From positions 4,800,001-4,864,000 of the forward strand of contig CAVUSO010000001.1 of assembly GCA_963744145.1 (NCBI GenBank): 64,000 bases of DNA, in the 5' to 3' direction. This DNA comes from an uncultured cyanobacterium. Its GTDB lineage: Bacteria > Cyanobacteriota > Cyanobacteriia > Cyanobacteriales > CAWUOF01. The position numbers and the translations under genes were made by a program. Within the stretch, counting starts at the first letter, position 1, and each line of letters starts with the position of its first letter. The notes under the pieces were generated by a model. It was given only the letters and a program-made list of their open reading frames with translations. It had not been told where the DNA came from and did no database searches. Below, piece by piece: positions 40,797-51,429 of the stretch.

Positions 40797-40978
40797 AGAT
40801 TTAAAAATTTAATTCTAGTCTTTTTCAACTTTTTTCTCTATAGAACCAATTTGACATCTTTTAAAAAGGGGTGGTTCTATAGCTGGATCAAGCTTAATTA
40901 TTTCAGAGCGATCGCTCCGGTGGCTTGATTAAACCGGAAATTTGGTCAGTTTCAGCGATCGCCAGGGGGGAAATTGGC

Positions 40979-41833
40979 TTAATTATGATGGGGAGTAAAT
41001 CTGGCCAAAAGTTCAGTCTGAGATAATTGATAGAGTAAGGGAACTAACTCATCGGTTGATAACTGAATCATTGGTTCAATCATCTGAGCCAGTTCTGGTT
41101 CTAAAGAGCCAAACCGAATCCGCAGCAAATTCTCTACCAATAAGCGTCGTTCCTGCAAACATCCTTCCAGTCGTCCTTCTTGTCGTCCTTCTTCTCGACC
41201 GACCTGCAAAATCTCCTGATAAATTACTGATTCTCGCATGGCATTCTCCTGAAATAATCGATGCAAAATTTGTTGATTAAACTTTAATCCCGCCAAGATT
41301 TGGATGTATGCGGATACTTCTCGTTGCTCTGTAACTGATTCTATTCTATCCACTTGTTGTGCCACTTGTGCTAGCAACTGTTCTGGTTGAGATGTGGCGG
41401 TTAATGCTGCTAAGGGTAGTAACGCTAGATCAGACAGAAATATCTTCGGGTCTTCTTCCCACAGTCGAATTACCCGATACTCATGGTAAGTTGTTCCGAA
41501 CACAAATGCCGTTTCAATTACTGTTCCTTCCCTGGGTGGTAGTAATAAAATTATGACTTGGATGATTGGTTTGCGGTATAACCGATATAGCCTGACCCAA
41601 TAATCTAGCATTCTTAATGGTAATGGTGGCTCTGATTCTAGTCTCACCTGGAATTCTAGATGTAAGATCCGGTCTGTGGTTTCCAGCAAGATCACGGAAT
41701 CGGCTCGAATTGGTTCGATACTCAGTTCGGTTTTTAAGACTTGCACGCTCGGTTGGGGTTCACCTAAAATCCAAGTGGCAAAAGCAGCTGGATATTTTTC
41801 GGCGATGAGTTTACATAGGTTATCAATGGACAT
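40979..41833 (-). CDS. Rpn-family PD-(D/E)XK nuclease / putative transposase with DUF4351-like tail
   Basis: KTELSIEPIRADS, ILHLEFQ, RMLDYWVRLYR, MRESVIYQEI, EGRQEG repeats. Confidence 0.85.
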   Translation of the reverse strand: MSIDNLCKLIAEKYPAAFATWILGEPQPSVQVLKTELSIEPIRADSVILLETTDRILHLEFQVRLESEPPLPLRMLDYWVRLYRLYRKPIIQVIILLLPPREGTVIETAFVFGTTYHEYRVIRLWEEDPKIFLSDLALLPLAALTATSQPEQLLAQVAQQVDRIESVTEQREVSAYIQILAGLKFNQQILHRLFQENAMRESVIYQEILQVGREEGRQEGRLEGCLQERRLLVENLLRIRFGSLEPELAQMIEPMIQLSTDELVPLLYQLSQTELLARFTPHHN

Positions 41834-41986
41834 GATCGATGATGCTCTACTTGAGGAGCAGGCATTTTAGTCGATCGCTGCTGCTTCACGCAACTAGTTT
41901 GAGCGATCGCTTTCCCAGTTTCTCCCATATTTGTGAATCGCGATCGCCTCCTAGTTCGAGTTGATCGCGATCGGATGGGTGAGTTG

Positions 41987-44461
41987 TTAGTGACATGGAA
42001 ACTGTTGGACGTTAAATTGGGGGACGGCTTGGGCTTGACTGATTAATTCAATTTGGCCATTTTGATTGACTTGCCAACCCGTAGCTTCAATGATGGGTAG
42101 TGGTTCTGGTTTGGTTATTTGAGCCTGATTTCTACTCTGATTCGCCGGATGGAGTCGGCTAGTATAATTAGTGTGGTCTTGCCAGATGTCATCACTGGCA
42201 AAAGCTTTCAATGGATCTTCGGACAAACCACCCCGACCGACTAGGGTGAGTTTACCCTCTTTGTTGTTAGTACAAGTTTGGGTGATTTGTGTGCTAGCGT
42301 CGAGGAGGTTTTGCGGTAGTTGGATGAGACTGAGGTTAGACTGATTGGTGGGATCATTGATGGCGATCGTACCTGATATTCCTAGTTGGGAACTAGCTGT
42401 GATTTGGCGATCGGGAGTATAGGGAGCGGTAAATAAGCCTTGGGTGTTGATGAGGATGTTACCACCATTACCTTTGAAGGCGTTAGCATTGATTTTACTG
42501 TTTTCTAGGAGGGCGAGGGTGTTGGCCTTGAGGGTGATGTTGCCACCGTTACCTGTACCTTGTGCTTGGGTGGAGATTTGGCTGGCTTGGCGTAGTTGGA
42601 GGGCGTTGGTGGTGATGTTGAGGTTGCCCCCTTCACCGGATGCGCTAGCTGCGCTGATCCCTTGGTTGGCGTTGAGGAGAGCGATCGAGCCTGCGTTGAT
42701 ATTGAGGTTGCCTGCGTTGCCTGTGCCTTGATTTCCAACACTAATACTAGCATCATCGGAGACTGTGAGGTGGGGGGTGTTGATAGTCACTGTGCCGGAG
42801 TTTCCTGAAGGGCGATCGGGTAGTCCGAAACGTTTTCGGAAGACTGCTGTCTGAATAAGAGCAGCCGATAGTATTCTAGAGGGCAGTCCCCCTCCTTCTC
42901 CCTGGCCACTGACTTCTACAGAATCAGAGGCATTAATTGTAATTATTCCTGCTGAACCTTGTGCAAGAGTTGAGGTAGTAACAGTTGCTCCATCGCTTAC
43001 TACCAATCTCGATGTATTGATAGTAACAATGCCACTATTTCCTAAAGTGACGGTTGCACTGCCAATAGAAGTAGGTTGAAGAATCGAAGGAATACTTCCA
43101 CTCACTATTACAGAGTCAGAAGCGTTGATGGTTAAATCTCCTGCTTTGCTAGTAGCACTAGCACCAGAAATAGGAGTGTTTACACTTCCCCCATCCAAAA
43201 TGGTTAGCTGTTGAGTTAATAGTGTAGTATTTCCTCCATTTCCTGAGCCAAAAGTCAAAGTACCAAGGAAACTAAAAATACTGGGATTAATACTATAAAA
43301 ACCACTGATCTCGATTGAATCAGAAGCGTTTACATATAAATCACCACCTGTGCCGCTGCCAAAGGTTCTAGTCCATATTACCGCCCCGTTAAGTAGTTGC
43401 AATATTCCCGTTGAAACTTTAATTTGACCACTATTACCTGCTCCTAGAGTCTCATTAACCAAGCTGCTGCGGAAGCTATTTGGGTCAGTTCCAGTCAATT
43501 CCAATAAATCAGAAGCATTAACCGTTATGTTTCCAGATGGTTGTTTACCTTGGTTTTGAATTAAAGCGATGGAACCCTCTGTTAACTTGACCTGTCGACC
43601 CACAATTTGGATCGAGCCACCCCCCAAACCACTAGCATCAAGAGCTGCTTTTCCAGATAAGTTAATATCTAGAAAATTTTGCACTTTATTGTAGCTAAAA
43701 GTCCAACCCAAGGTCGTTGGATTCAATCCAATTTGACCTTCACCAATGCTACCTAGCTCAATATGTCCGCTATCTGCAGTTAGCAGACCTCCAGATAAGC
43801 TAATATTACCGCCAACCAAAGCTAAGGTGTTTCCTGGTTTTACCTGCAAGCCACTGGTACTTTCACCCCGATTAATTGGGGCAAAGGTTGGCTGTAGAAA
43901 CGTAAACCCATGACCGATCCCGTTGACCGAAATTGTTCCTGAATTTTGCCCAATTTGCAAGCCAATCGGTACACTAACTGTTAGTAATGGTGTAATTTGT
44001 GGATTAGTGGCATTGAATGTAAACCCATCATTGAATATAATACTATTAGCTGTAGATGCTAGAAATGAACCACCAATATTTAAACGTGCATTAAGACCAA
44101 AAATAAAACCATTAGGATTAATTAAAAATAAATTAGCTCCCCCATTATTAGTAATTGTCCCATCAATATTAGAGACTTTTCCTCCTGTAACACGACTAAA
44201 AATATTTTGAATATTATTAGTATTATTAAACAAAACTGTTGAATTCGTAGGAATAGAAAATTCTTGAAAACTTTGGAATAGATTGCTACCGGCTGTTGTC
44301 CCACCGTTAATCGTGAATGTATTACCGTTAGGCACGACAACCGAATTATTAGGTAAAGTTCTATCGGGAATAATTTGGGCATCAACGCGAATATAAACTA
44401 AAGAAAATGGGATAACTAATAAAATTTGGCATAACACTTTTCGGCAAAACTTTTTCTTCAT
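41987..44461 (-). CDS. filamentous haemagglutinin N-terminal domain (TPS-like) exoprotein
   Basis: Likely start MKKKF at 44461; AQIIPD.TL, NLFQSFQEFS, SRVTGG..SNIDG, NPNG; beta-helical repeats; GRGGL..P and IIEATGW C-terminal motifs. Confidence 0.9.
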   Translation of the reverse strand: MKKKFCRKVLCQILLVIPFSLVYIRVDAQIIPDRTLPNNSVVVPNGNTFTINGGTTAGSNLFQSFQEFSIPTNSTVLFNNTNNIQNIFSRVTGGKVSNIDGTITNNGGANLFLINPNGFIFGLNARLNIGGSFLASTANSIIFNDGFTFNATNPQITPLLTVSVPIGLQIGQNSGTISVNGIGHGFTFLQPTFAPINRGESTSGLQVKPGNTLALVGGNISLSGGLLTADSGHIELGSIGEGQIGLNPTTLGWTFSYNKVQNFLDINLSGKAALDASGLGGGSIQIVGRQVKLTEGSIALIQNQGKQPSGNITVNASDLLELTGTDPNSFRSSLVNETLGAGNSGQIKVSTGILQLLNGAVIWTRTFGSGTGGDLYVNASDSIEISGFYSINPSIFSFLGTLTFGSGNGGNTTLLTQQLTILDGGSVNTPISGASATSKAGDLTINASDSVIVSGSIPSILQPTSIGSATVTLGNSGIVTINTSRLVVSDGATVTTSTLAQGSAGIITINASDSVEVSGQGEGGGLPSRILSAALIQTAVFRKRFGLPDRPSGNSGTVTINTPHLTVSDDASISVGNQGTGNAGNLNINAGSIALLNANQGISAASASGEGGNLNITTNALQLRQASQISTQAQGTGNGGNITLKANTLALLENSKINANAFKGNGGNILINTQGLFTAPYTPDRQITASSQLGISGTIAINDPTNQSNLSLIQLPQNLLDASTQITQTCTNNKEGKLTLVGRGGLSEDPLKAFASDDIWQDHTNYTSRLHPANQSRNQAQITKPEPLPIIEATGWQVNQNGQIELISQAQAVPQFNVQQFPCH

Positions 44462-44679
44462 TTTGATAAAAAACCTTGGATATAATTGGTTAATTTTTAT
44501 AAATAAACAAGTTACCTTATTATACAACAATACTACTAGATATAAATTTTTGATTAATTTTAGGTTAATTTTAGGTAAAATTGCAACAATTTTAGGGTTT
44601 TGAGCTAATACCAGCAATTCTCATTTAAAAAAAAATAGAGTATTAACCCCGATTTGGAAATTGAAAATATAGTACAAAA

Positions 44680-45076
44680 TAACCAAAGAAGTAAGATAAT
44701 ATTGAGTCTCGCCAGTAGTTTTGTTCCAAAGATGACGGATACGATGAACGATGACAATACTTTTTAAACCTGCCCATAATTTGGGTTGGTAAAGGTCAGG
44801 AATAGCCGTAATAGGGATCACCCAAACTTCACGAATTTCCACCCGATGATGCCCTTTCTCAATCCGTTGATCATGAGTGAAATCAATTCCTAAAAAATTA
44901 TTTTCTGTGCAGTTTGGAAGAATTGTTGTACCTGATTATGTAAAGTTGGATGATTGGCTTTAAGTGTCAGAATATAATCAGCTTTTTTATCAATGATCTT
45001 TTGCACAATTTCAGTTTGAGTACCCATGGCATCAATTGTAATAATCGAGCCAGCGATATCAAGTAACTCTAGTAAT
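44680..45076 (-). pseudogene. internal fragment of an ISAs1-family transposase, frameshifted
   Basis: Reads LLELLDIAGSIITIDAMGTQTEI..ADYILTLKANHPTL / EKGHHRVEIR..W.GLKS..ETQYYLTSL. Confidence 0.85.
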
Positions 45077-45477
45077 CAGGGTTAGCGCATCTAATTGTGT
45101 AACCGCAAATACATAATATTTTCATAAAATATGATATCTAGCCATCGAGATCAGAACATCACAAATCTGGTATAGAAAATAGTTGACAAAAGAGCATAGA
45201 GCGTGGTAGGTGAAAAACTATACCGTCCAACTCATAATCTCGCTAGATATTAAAATGTCTCAAGGGTTCGATATCAATATAGCCAATGCTAAACAAAACT
45301 CCCATCCTGCTAGGAAAAACCAAGTAGTAGCTGACTTGATGAAAATACAACAGAGTTTAGTCAAGCATTTTGAAGATGTTGAAGACCCGAGAGTAGACCG
45401 AACAAAAAAAACACTTATTGATAGACATTTTAGTGATTGCAATTCTTGTCAAGCCTAATTGAGATGCTCTTACCCTG
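45077..45477 (+). mobile_element. internally deleted ISAs1 derivative (401 bp) with both TIRs and a 5' transposase stub
   Basis: TIRs CAGGGTTAGCGCATCT and AGATGCTCTTACCCTG; stub reads HFEDVEDPRVDRTK(K)HLLIDILVIAI. Confidence 0.8.
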
Positions 45478-45811
45478 GAAATTTACGCCTTTGTTCAGGT
45501 GTAATGCTTGCCAACCGTTCTTTTTCAATCCAAGCTGCATCAGGAGAGCGATCTCCACCATTAGGTAAATTAAATACAGTTGAAGAACTGAAGGTAAAAC
45601 CTAATCCAGTGCGCCGATTCCAGTTACCTAAATCAATAATTAAGTCAGCTTCTCGATTACCACTATGGCCACCAACTGGTGACATAATAATTAGTTCTCC
45701 GGTAGCACTGCGTTCAAATTGTAACTCTCGGTTATTTTGACATAATTGATAGAACTGTTCGTCGGTGAGGTGAACAGTGTCTAGTTTTAGGTTTAATGGA
45801 CTTGTTACCAT
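45478..45811 (-). pseudogene. Uma2-family endonuclease truncated by the ISAs1 end
   Basis: LTDEQFYQLCQNN..ERSATGELIIMSP..RSPDAAW; breaks at EQRRKFP exactly at the TIR, lacking the PDFVIELRS half. Confidence 0.8.
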
Positions 45812-45886
45812 ATAGTTGAGTCTGAATAGTTGTTTTGACTCAAAAATTGATAATTGATAATCAGTAATTATCAATTATCAATCATC

Positions 45887-47044
45887 TTATTTAACTCGAT
45901 GGGGCGATCGATAAAAAGGTTTTTTGACAACTACTGCTGGGTAAGCTTTACCACGAATTTCTATTTCTAGCTGTTCACCTGGTCGATCTAGATAAGCAGG
46001 AACGTAAGCAAAAGCAATCCCACATTCTAACGTAGGAGACCAAGAGCCGCTAGTAACTTCCCCTACTACTATTCCCCCTGTTAACACTGGATAACCGTGA
46101 CGAGCAATATGACGTCCTTCCATACGCATGGCAACTAATTTTAAGGTTAAACCTTCTTGTTGTTGTCGTTCTAAAGCAGTACGTCCAATAAAATCACCCT
46201 TACTCTTGAGGTGAACTAACCAGTTTAATCCCGATTCTAACGGAGTAGTAGTATCAAGTAAGTCCTGACCATAAAGCATCATTCCTGCTTCTAAACGTAA
46301 GGTATCTCTAGCACCTAATCCACAAGGAGTCACTCCTGCATTTAGAAGCGATCGCCACAATTCGATTCCTACTTCTGGATCTACCATCACCTCAAAGCCA
46401 TCTTCACCAGTATAACCAGTTCTGGCGATAAAACCCTGCTTCCCTAGCACCAGGGTTTCTAAATGTCCAAAAGCTTTAATCGGGGTTAAATTTGCTGCGA
46501 CAAATGGTTGTAGATAATTAACTGCTTGGGGACCTTGAACCGCGAGCAAAACTTTGTCTTTTGACAGATCCTGGAAATTGAGGGTAGTTTTTTCTAAATA
46601 AGTCAAGATCCACGCTTTATCTCTGACTTTAGTAGCTGCGTTGACAATTAGTAAACCTTGTTCCTCGTCAGGGTTAACTAGACCTTGATAATAAAAAATG
46701 AAATCATCTAAGATCCCAGCTTGTCGGTTGAGTAACACGGTATATTGTGCTTCCCCTGGTTTTAACCTTTCTAAATCTGAAGGTACTAAAGCTTGAAGTT
46801 GAGTTCTTAGTTGCTGTCCTTTAATTACAAATTTTCCCATGTGCGAAACATCAAACATTCCCGCACCATTGCGGACAGCTTGATGTTCTTGATTAATCCC
46901 AACATACTGGATGGGCATCTCCCATCCAGCAAAATCGGTCATTTTTGCTTTTAATTCTACAGAAATATCATATAAAGGTGTTTTGGCAAGAGGTTGCCTT
47001 GGTCTTGACTGCTGTTCTTCACTAGCTGGTTGTGTTTTGGCCAC
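45887..47044 (-). CDS. gcvT: glycine cleavage system aminomethyltransferase
   Basis: FAGWEMPIQY, GMFDVSHMG, ARTGYTGEDGFE, CGLGARDTLRLEAG. Confidence 0.96.
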   Translation of the reverse strand: MAKTQPASEEQQSRPRQPLAKTPLYDISVELKAKMTDFAGWEMPIQYVGINQEHQAVRNGAGMFDVSHMGKFVIKGQQLRTQLQALVPSDLERLKPGEAQYTVLLNRQAGILDDFIFYYQGLVNPDEEQGLLIVNAATKVRDKAWILTYLEKTTLNFQDLSKDKVLLAVQGPQAVNYLQPFVAANLTPIKAFGHLETLVLGKQGFIARTGYTGEDGFEVMVDPEVGIELWRSLLNAGVTPCGLGARDTLRLEAGMMLYGQDLLDTTTPLESGLNWLVHLKSKGDFIGRTALERQQQEGLTLKLVAMRMEGRHIARHGYPVLTGGIVVGEVTSGSWSPTLECGIAFAYVPAYLDRPGEQLEIEIRGKAYPAVVVKKPFYRSPHRVK

Positions 47045-47502
47045 AAATATTGCTTTTTTTCCAAATAAACATCTTCATATATTAAGACGCATATTGCGTA
47101 GCAAAAAAATTCTTACTATTGCTTTAGGTTGGTATATTTACCATTAAATATAATTTTTGTCAATAGCTATAGCGAGCCTAAATAATTTGTGAAGCTTAAA
47201 TACTGTGACGTTTATGTCGTTGTTTGCTGTCTGGGGTTGGGGTGCTGTTGGGAGAGGGTGCGATCGCCAACTTAAAGAAATCGCAAACAATCGGATTGCC
47301 GAATTCTTCAACGTTTGCATGCTGAATGTTACCATATATCATAGTTTTGCTGTCCTAGTGTCGTATAGGATGGCCATGCTCTCGGATGCTTCAACATCGC
47401 GAGGGCAATTTTTGCGTGGTCGTAGTTTAGCGCAAAGTTGGCAAGTTTCCCCCCTAATAGTGAAAAAGTAGAAAATAAATAATCGCAAGGAAATTTAAGA
47501 AA

Positions 47503-48027
47503 ATGGTAGTGTCACTTAATGATTATAAGAAGGTCTGGGGACAGAGAGGGTTTGTATTTCAGCGAGTGCAAGAATATGAAACTAGTTTTGGATACAGTAG
47601 CAGTCGATATGAAGAAAGGATAAATATTCTTTTTCCGACAAGTATGATAGCTGTACAATTTATTCAAAAGCTGCATGAGATTTCAAAAAAGAATCAACAA
47701 CAGGTAGATATTGATATTGAAAAATATCTACAAAACGGTTCGGGTATTGAAAAATGGAACTTACCTTATAAAGAACCTTATAGCTGTCCTTATAGCTTTT
47801 GTAAAAATGCAGTAATATTTAAGCCTTTGTCTTATGTACCTTTTAATTCACCGATACAGATTGCCATTGCTCCATTAGAAGATGTTGTATGGCAAACAAA
47901 ACTTATAATAGATGCAATGGCAGTACATGGATGGGAATATTATAATCCAGCGCGGCAATTTGAGTTATTAAATAAATGGTCAATACGTCCATTAACTGAT
48001 AATGAGTTAGAACAAAATAGGAAATAG
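47503..48027 (+). CDS. hypothetical protein
   Basis: 174-aa ORF with AAGGA upstream; no recognisable motif. Confidence 0.55.
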   Translation: MVVSLNDYKKVWGQRGFVFQRVQEYETSFGYSSSRYEERINILFPTSMIAVQFIQKLHEISKKNQQQVDIDIEKYLQNGSGIEKWNLPYKEPYSCPYSFCKNAVIFKPLSYVPFNSPIQIAIAPLEDVVWQTKLIIDAMAVHGWEYYNPARQFELLNKWSIRPLTDNELEQNRK

Positions 48028-48302
48028 TTAGTAGGCGCTAAAATATGTCTTATCTGGATATGCTGTTAAATAAGATAATTTGACTATGGAAATACGTTTT
48101 GACATACTTCTTGAGATCCAAAAAGCGGCCATTTAATTAAAAGCGATCGCACTACTCCCAGCACCATCTCTTATAAATGCGATCGCCCCAAATCCCCATC
48201 AATCACAGAACCCATTATTATATTGGGGCGATCTATCAAACTCGTGGTTCAAGTCAGTTAAACCAAACCCTTGCCTAAATCCCAATCCTCTAGACGATCA
48301 CC

Positions 48303-48914
48303 ATGGCACAAACACTACCCCAATCAAAAAAACTCTTCATTGAACTGCCAGATACCCTCTTATTGCAGGTGACCCAAGCGCAATTTCAAACACTAGCACT
48401 GGTAAATCGCGATTTGAGACTAGAAAGAACCGCCACAGGAGACTTGATGATGAATCCACCAACAGGTTGGGAAACCGGAGAGCGCAACCGCAGTCTGACT
48501 GGTCAACTCGATCGCTGGTATGAAGACCATGAAGATCTCGGAAAAGCCTTTGATTCGTCTACCGGCTTCACTCTGCCCAATGGGGCGATCCGTTCACCCG
48601 ATGTATCCTGGGTGAGCCGAGACGGTTGGGAGGCGTTAACGTCTGAACAAAGAGGAACCTTTGCCAATATTTGCCCCGATTTTGTGGTGGAGTTACGCTT
48701 CGCATCCGATACCCTCCAGTCTTTGCAAGCAAAGATGCAAGAGTACATCGACAACGACGCTAGATTAGGCTGGTTAATTGATCCTCAAAATCGACTGGTA
48801 GAGATTTATCGGCAGGGAAAGGAAGTGGAGATATGGGAAAACCCCACTGAACTATCTGGCGAAGACCTGTTGCCTGGGTTTGTACTGAATTTGCGATCGC
48901 ATAATTTAAAGTAA
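48303..48914 (+). CDS. Uma2-family endonuclease
   Basis: ERTATGDL.MNPP, FDSSTGF.LPNGA.RSPDVSW, CPDFVVELR, LGWLIDP. Confidence 0.9.
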   Translation: MAQTLPQSKKLFIELPDTLLLQVTQAQFQTLALVNRDLRLERTATGDLMMNPPTGWETGERNRSLTGQLDRWYEDHEDLGKAFDSSTGFTLPNGAIRSPDVSWVSRDGWEALTSEQRGTFANICPDFVVELRFASDTLQSLQAKMQEYIDNDARLGWLIDPQNRLVEIYRQGKEVEIWENPTELSGEDLLPGFVLNLRSHNLK

Positions 48915-48916
48915 TT

Positions 48917-49369
48917 TTAATTAATTTGTAGTCCTATAACTCCATTAAGCTCGGCTGTATCAAAATTAGCTTCAGTAATATTAGCCCCAGTCACATTTGC
49001 ATAACTAAGATTAGCAGAATTAAAGTCAGCTTTACTAAGGTCTGCTCCAGAAAGATTTGCATAACTAAGGTCGGCATAGTTAAGGTTGGCAGAACGCAGA
49101 CACGCATTACTAAGATTGGCTAAACTCAGATTAGCAGAGCGCAGACAGGCAGAACGTAGATTAGCAGAGTGCAAATTGGCAGAACTTAAATCAGCTCTGC
49201 TCAAGAAAACCCCATGCAGATTAGCTTCAGCTAAATTAGCGCGACTAAGGTTGGATTCACTCAGATAAGCCCCGTTAAGATCAATTTCAGTTTCAGGTTG
49301 ATCTGTTCGCCATTGATTCAAAACTTCGACGCCTTGTTTAAGTAAATCTAAATGTTTAGAGTTCGCCAT
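48917..49369 (-). CDS. pentapeptide repeat protein
   Basis: Tandem A(N/D)LS.A units after HL..LKQGV...NQWR. Confidence 0.92.
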   Translation of the reverse strand: MANSKHLDLLKQGVEVLNQWRTDQPETEIDLNGAYLSESNLSRANLAEANLHGVFLSRADLSSANLHSANLRSACLRSANLSLANLSNACLRSANLNYADLSYANLSGADLSKADFNSANLSYANVTGANITEANFDTAELNGVIGLQIN

Positions 49370-49759
49370 AGATCAGAATAGTGCTAAGTAAAAATTCAGA
49401 GTCTTTAGACTATTCTACAACGTAGTATTTGAGTGTAGTCGCCTCCTAGAGCCTAATTTCCTGAGAACTGCGATCGCCCTAATTCGTTCAACCAACTCAT
49501 CACCCCTATTGGCCATTCAGATCAAAGTGATCGCAATCACCAAGAAATTCATCACCAGTCACAGATTGCTACAAGCATATATGTGTAAATGTAAATAGAT
49601 AAATTTCCAGTTAAATATAAAAATAACTCACTCGTAATTCCCCAAAGAGTGGGATTAGAAATAATTGGGCTGGATGTTACGGATATTTGCGAGAATGGGC
49701 TCGCTATAAACATTTTCGAGGATTGATTTAATTATCGAAAAACAGGAGTTAGAAATAAT

Positions 49760-50020
49760 ATGTATAATTGCAAATATTCTATTTCAGATAGGAAGAAGGT
49801 TTCAGATTCAGGGTTGCCTAAAAAGTATACTCTAATTAATTTTCTGGTTGCTCTTTTGATCATGACGCTTTTGGCCGCTGTTAAATTGCCTTCTTTCCCT
49901 AACCAAATAGCAAAAGATCAACGAGCCAAAGGTAGAAATACATTTGGTGCTGTTAACCAAGTAAAGCCAGCTTATAGAACCAATTCGGCATCTTTTAGGA
50001 AAGGGTGGCGAGTCTCTTAA
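49760..50020 (+). pseudogene. degenerate type IV pilin-like gene
   Basis: YTLINFLVALLIMTLLAAVKLPSFPNQ..K...GRNTFGAVNQ..AY resembles FTLIELLVV..ILAAIALPSFLNQ..K; the G-F..E cleavage motif is lost and the ORF is short. Confidence 0.55.
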
Positions 50021-50217
50021 TCTTGAGCCTAATCAAACAAAGATTGAGCTTAGTGGGATGAGTCAGGGTTGGGAAAAGCGATCGCATTTAAACTAAACTT
50101 CAGGATAGCGATCGCTCACCACCGGTCTAGACTGCGATCGCACCAATTATTTTCCTTTCATGTTGCCCCTATTTCTTCCACACATCAATCTCCAAGGAAG
50201 TGAATTTTCTCTCTTCT

Positions 50218-50545
50218 TCAACGATAAGCAATCAGAAAAAATCGGCGAAACGGGAATAAGATGTGACCATCTTTTTGCTGTGGATAAGCCAACGTATAGC
50301 CGTCGAGCAGCTGTTGCTCAAAGCGTTGTTTTTGGACTTCGTTCGCCAGTGCTTCCAAAAAAGGGCGTAACCCAGTACCGCGAAACCAAGCGAGGATCGC
50401 CTGTGGATTTTCCATCACATGATAGTATTCGGTTTCCCAAATCTCAAGCCGAGTGGCGAGCGATTGCATGATGTCATAATAAAATGACGGAGTTTCTCTT
50501 GTCAGTGCGTTGCGGGCTGCATCCATGAAATGAAATACTGGAAAC
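50218..50545 (-). pseudogene. tam: 3' half of trans-aconitate 2-methyltransferase
   Basis: YYDI..LEIWETEYYHVM..WFRGTGLRPFL..AYP..DG.ILFPFRRFFLIA; SAM-binding N-terminus absent, replaced by a repeat element. Confidence 0.75.
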
Positions 50546-50731
50546 CTTCGGCACAAAGCCCATCGGGTTAATTTTTTCATTTAATGCCCGCTTTTTTTTG
50601 GGAGGCGATCGCACTAACCAATAATCAATCAACACAGTTCCCTGTATTTCCCTGTAGGGGCGAAGCATTCGGGCGAAAAATTATCGCTTATAACGGCTAA
50701 TATTATACCCGAATGCTTCGCCCTTCTTCGC
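50546..50731. repeat. about 190-bp dispersed repeat with REP palindrome, copy 1 (copy 2 at 55097-55292)
   Basis: Near-identical CTTCGGCACAAAGCCCATC...GTAGGGGCGAAGCATTCGGG...CCGAATGCTTCGCCCTTCTTCGC. Confidence 0.85.
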
Positions 50732-50755
50732 TAAAAAAGGAACCCACACTGAATA

Positions 50756-50965
50756 ATGTTACCATTGAAACTAGACCAAGAAAACGTTCATGCTGCGACC
50801 AGTCCCAAAAAATGTTTTGAGATGGAACAACGGTATGGATGGAAACTCAAAGATATCCGTAAAACTACAGACAGTATCCTAAAAGTAGATTGCGTTTTTT
50901 ATGGAAAGCAAACCAGTTTCGAGGATGAACGATATGAGACAGACTTGGATTATCTACAAAAGTAA
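50756..50965 (+). CDS. small hypothetical protein
   Basis: 69-aa ORF overlapping the next gene; AAAGGA upstream. Confidence 0.6.
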   Translation: MLPLKLDQENVHAATSPKKCFEMEQRYGWKLKDIRKTTDSILKVDCVFYGKQTSFEDERYETDLDYLQK

Positions 50966-51308
50966 CGATCCAGATGATTTTGGATGGGAAGATCGTCAGC
51001 TTTTACCATCGGGAAGTTTGACAAGTATTCTGTCTGAGGAATGGCATTATTCTAGTAATCCTGAAATTCCCACGGTAGGCGATCGGGTGAGGGAATATGC
51101 TAATCTCAACGATCCTGGTAATGGAGTGACTCACGGACGCGATGGTGAATGGGAGGTTGTGCGTGTTTGCCAGTTCGCCAGCTTTGATACTGACGAAAGA
51201 ATTGTAGTGTGTTACTGCCAGTATCAACCAATTGATGCCCAATGGGAAAAATTAGAGCGGGGTATCCCTGTGGATGAAATCCTAGAAACATCACATCAGA
51301 CAGCATAA
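50934..51308 (+). CDS. hypothetical protein (likely start MRQTW at 50934)
   Basis: GAGGA SD before ATG 50934; Trp/Cys-rich 124-aa ORF. Confidence 0.65.
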   Translation: MRQTWIIYKSNDPDDFGWEDRQLLPSGSLTSILSEEWHYSSNPEIPTVGDRVREYANLNDPGNGVTHGRDGEWEVVRVCQFASFDTDERIVVCYCQYQPIDAQWEKLERGIPVDEILETSHQTA

Positions 51309-51429
51309 TTTTGTGCAAACACCCAACCTCTAGGTTGTAGAAAGAGAGCGATCGTGTATAATCATTCTAGTTATTCGAGAGCCTGGAGTAACTGTTCTAT
51401 CAAAGTCTTTTCATCAGTCAGTTGGAGCG

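Noticed and set aside
44462..44617. 52-codon N-terminal extension of the FHA-like ORF
   Set aside because: Low-complexity AT-rich promoter DNA; the signal peptide starts at ATG 44461.
47045..47502. Glycine riboswitch upstream of gcvT, and short ORFs at 47144-47471
   Set aside because: No conserved GGAGA/CCGAAG/CTCTCAGG aptamer elements on the minus strand; the ORFs have no motifs or SD.
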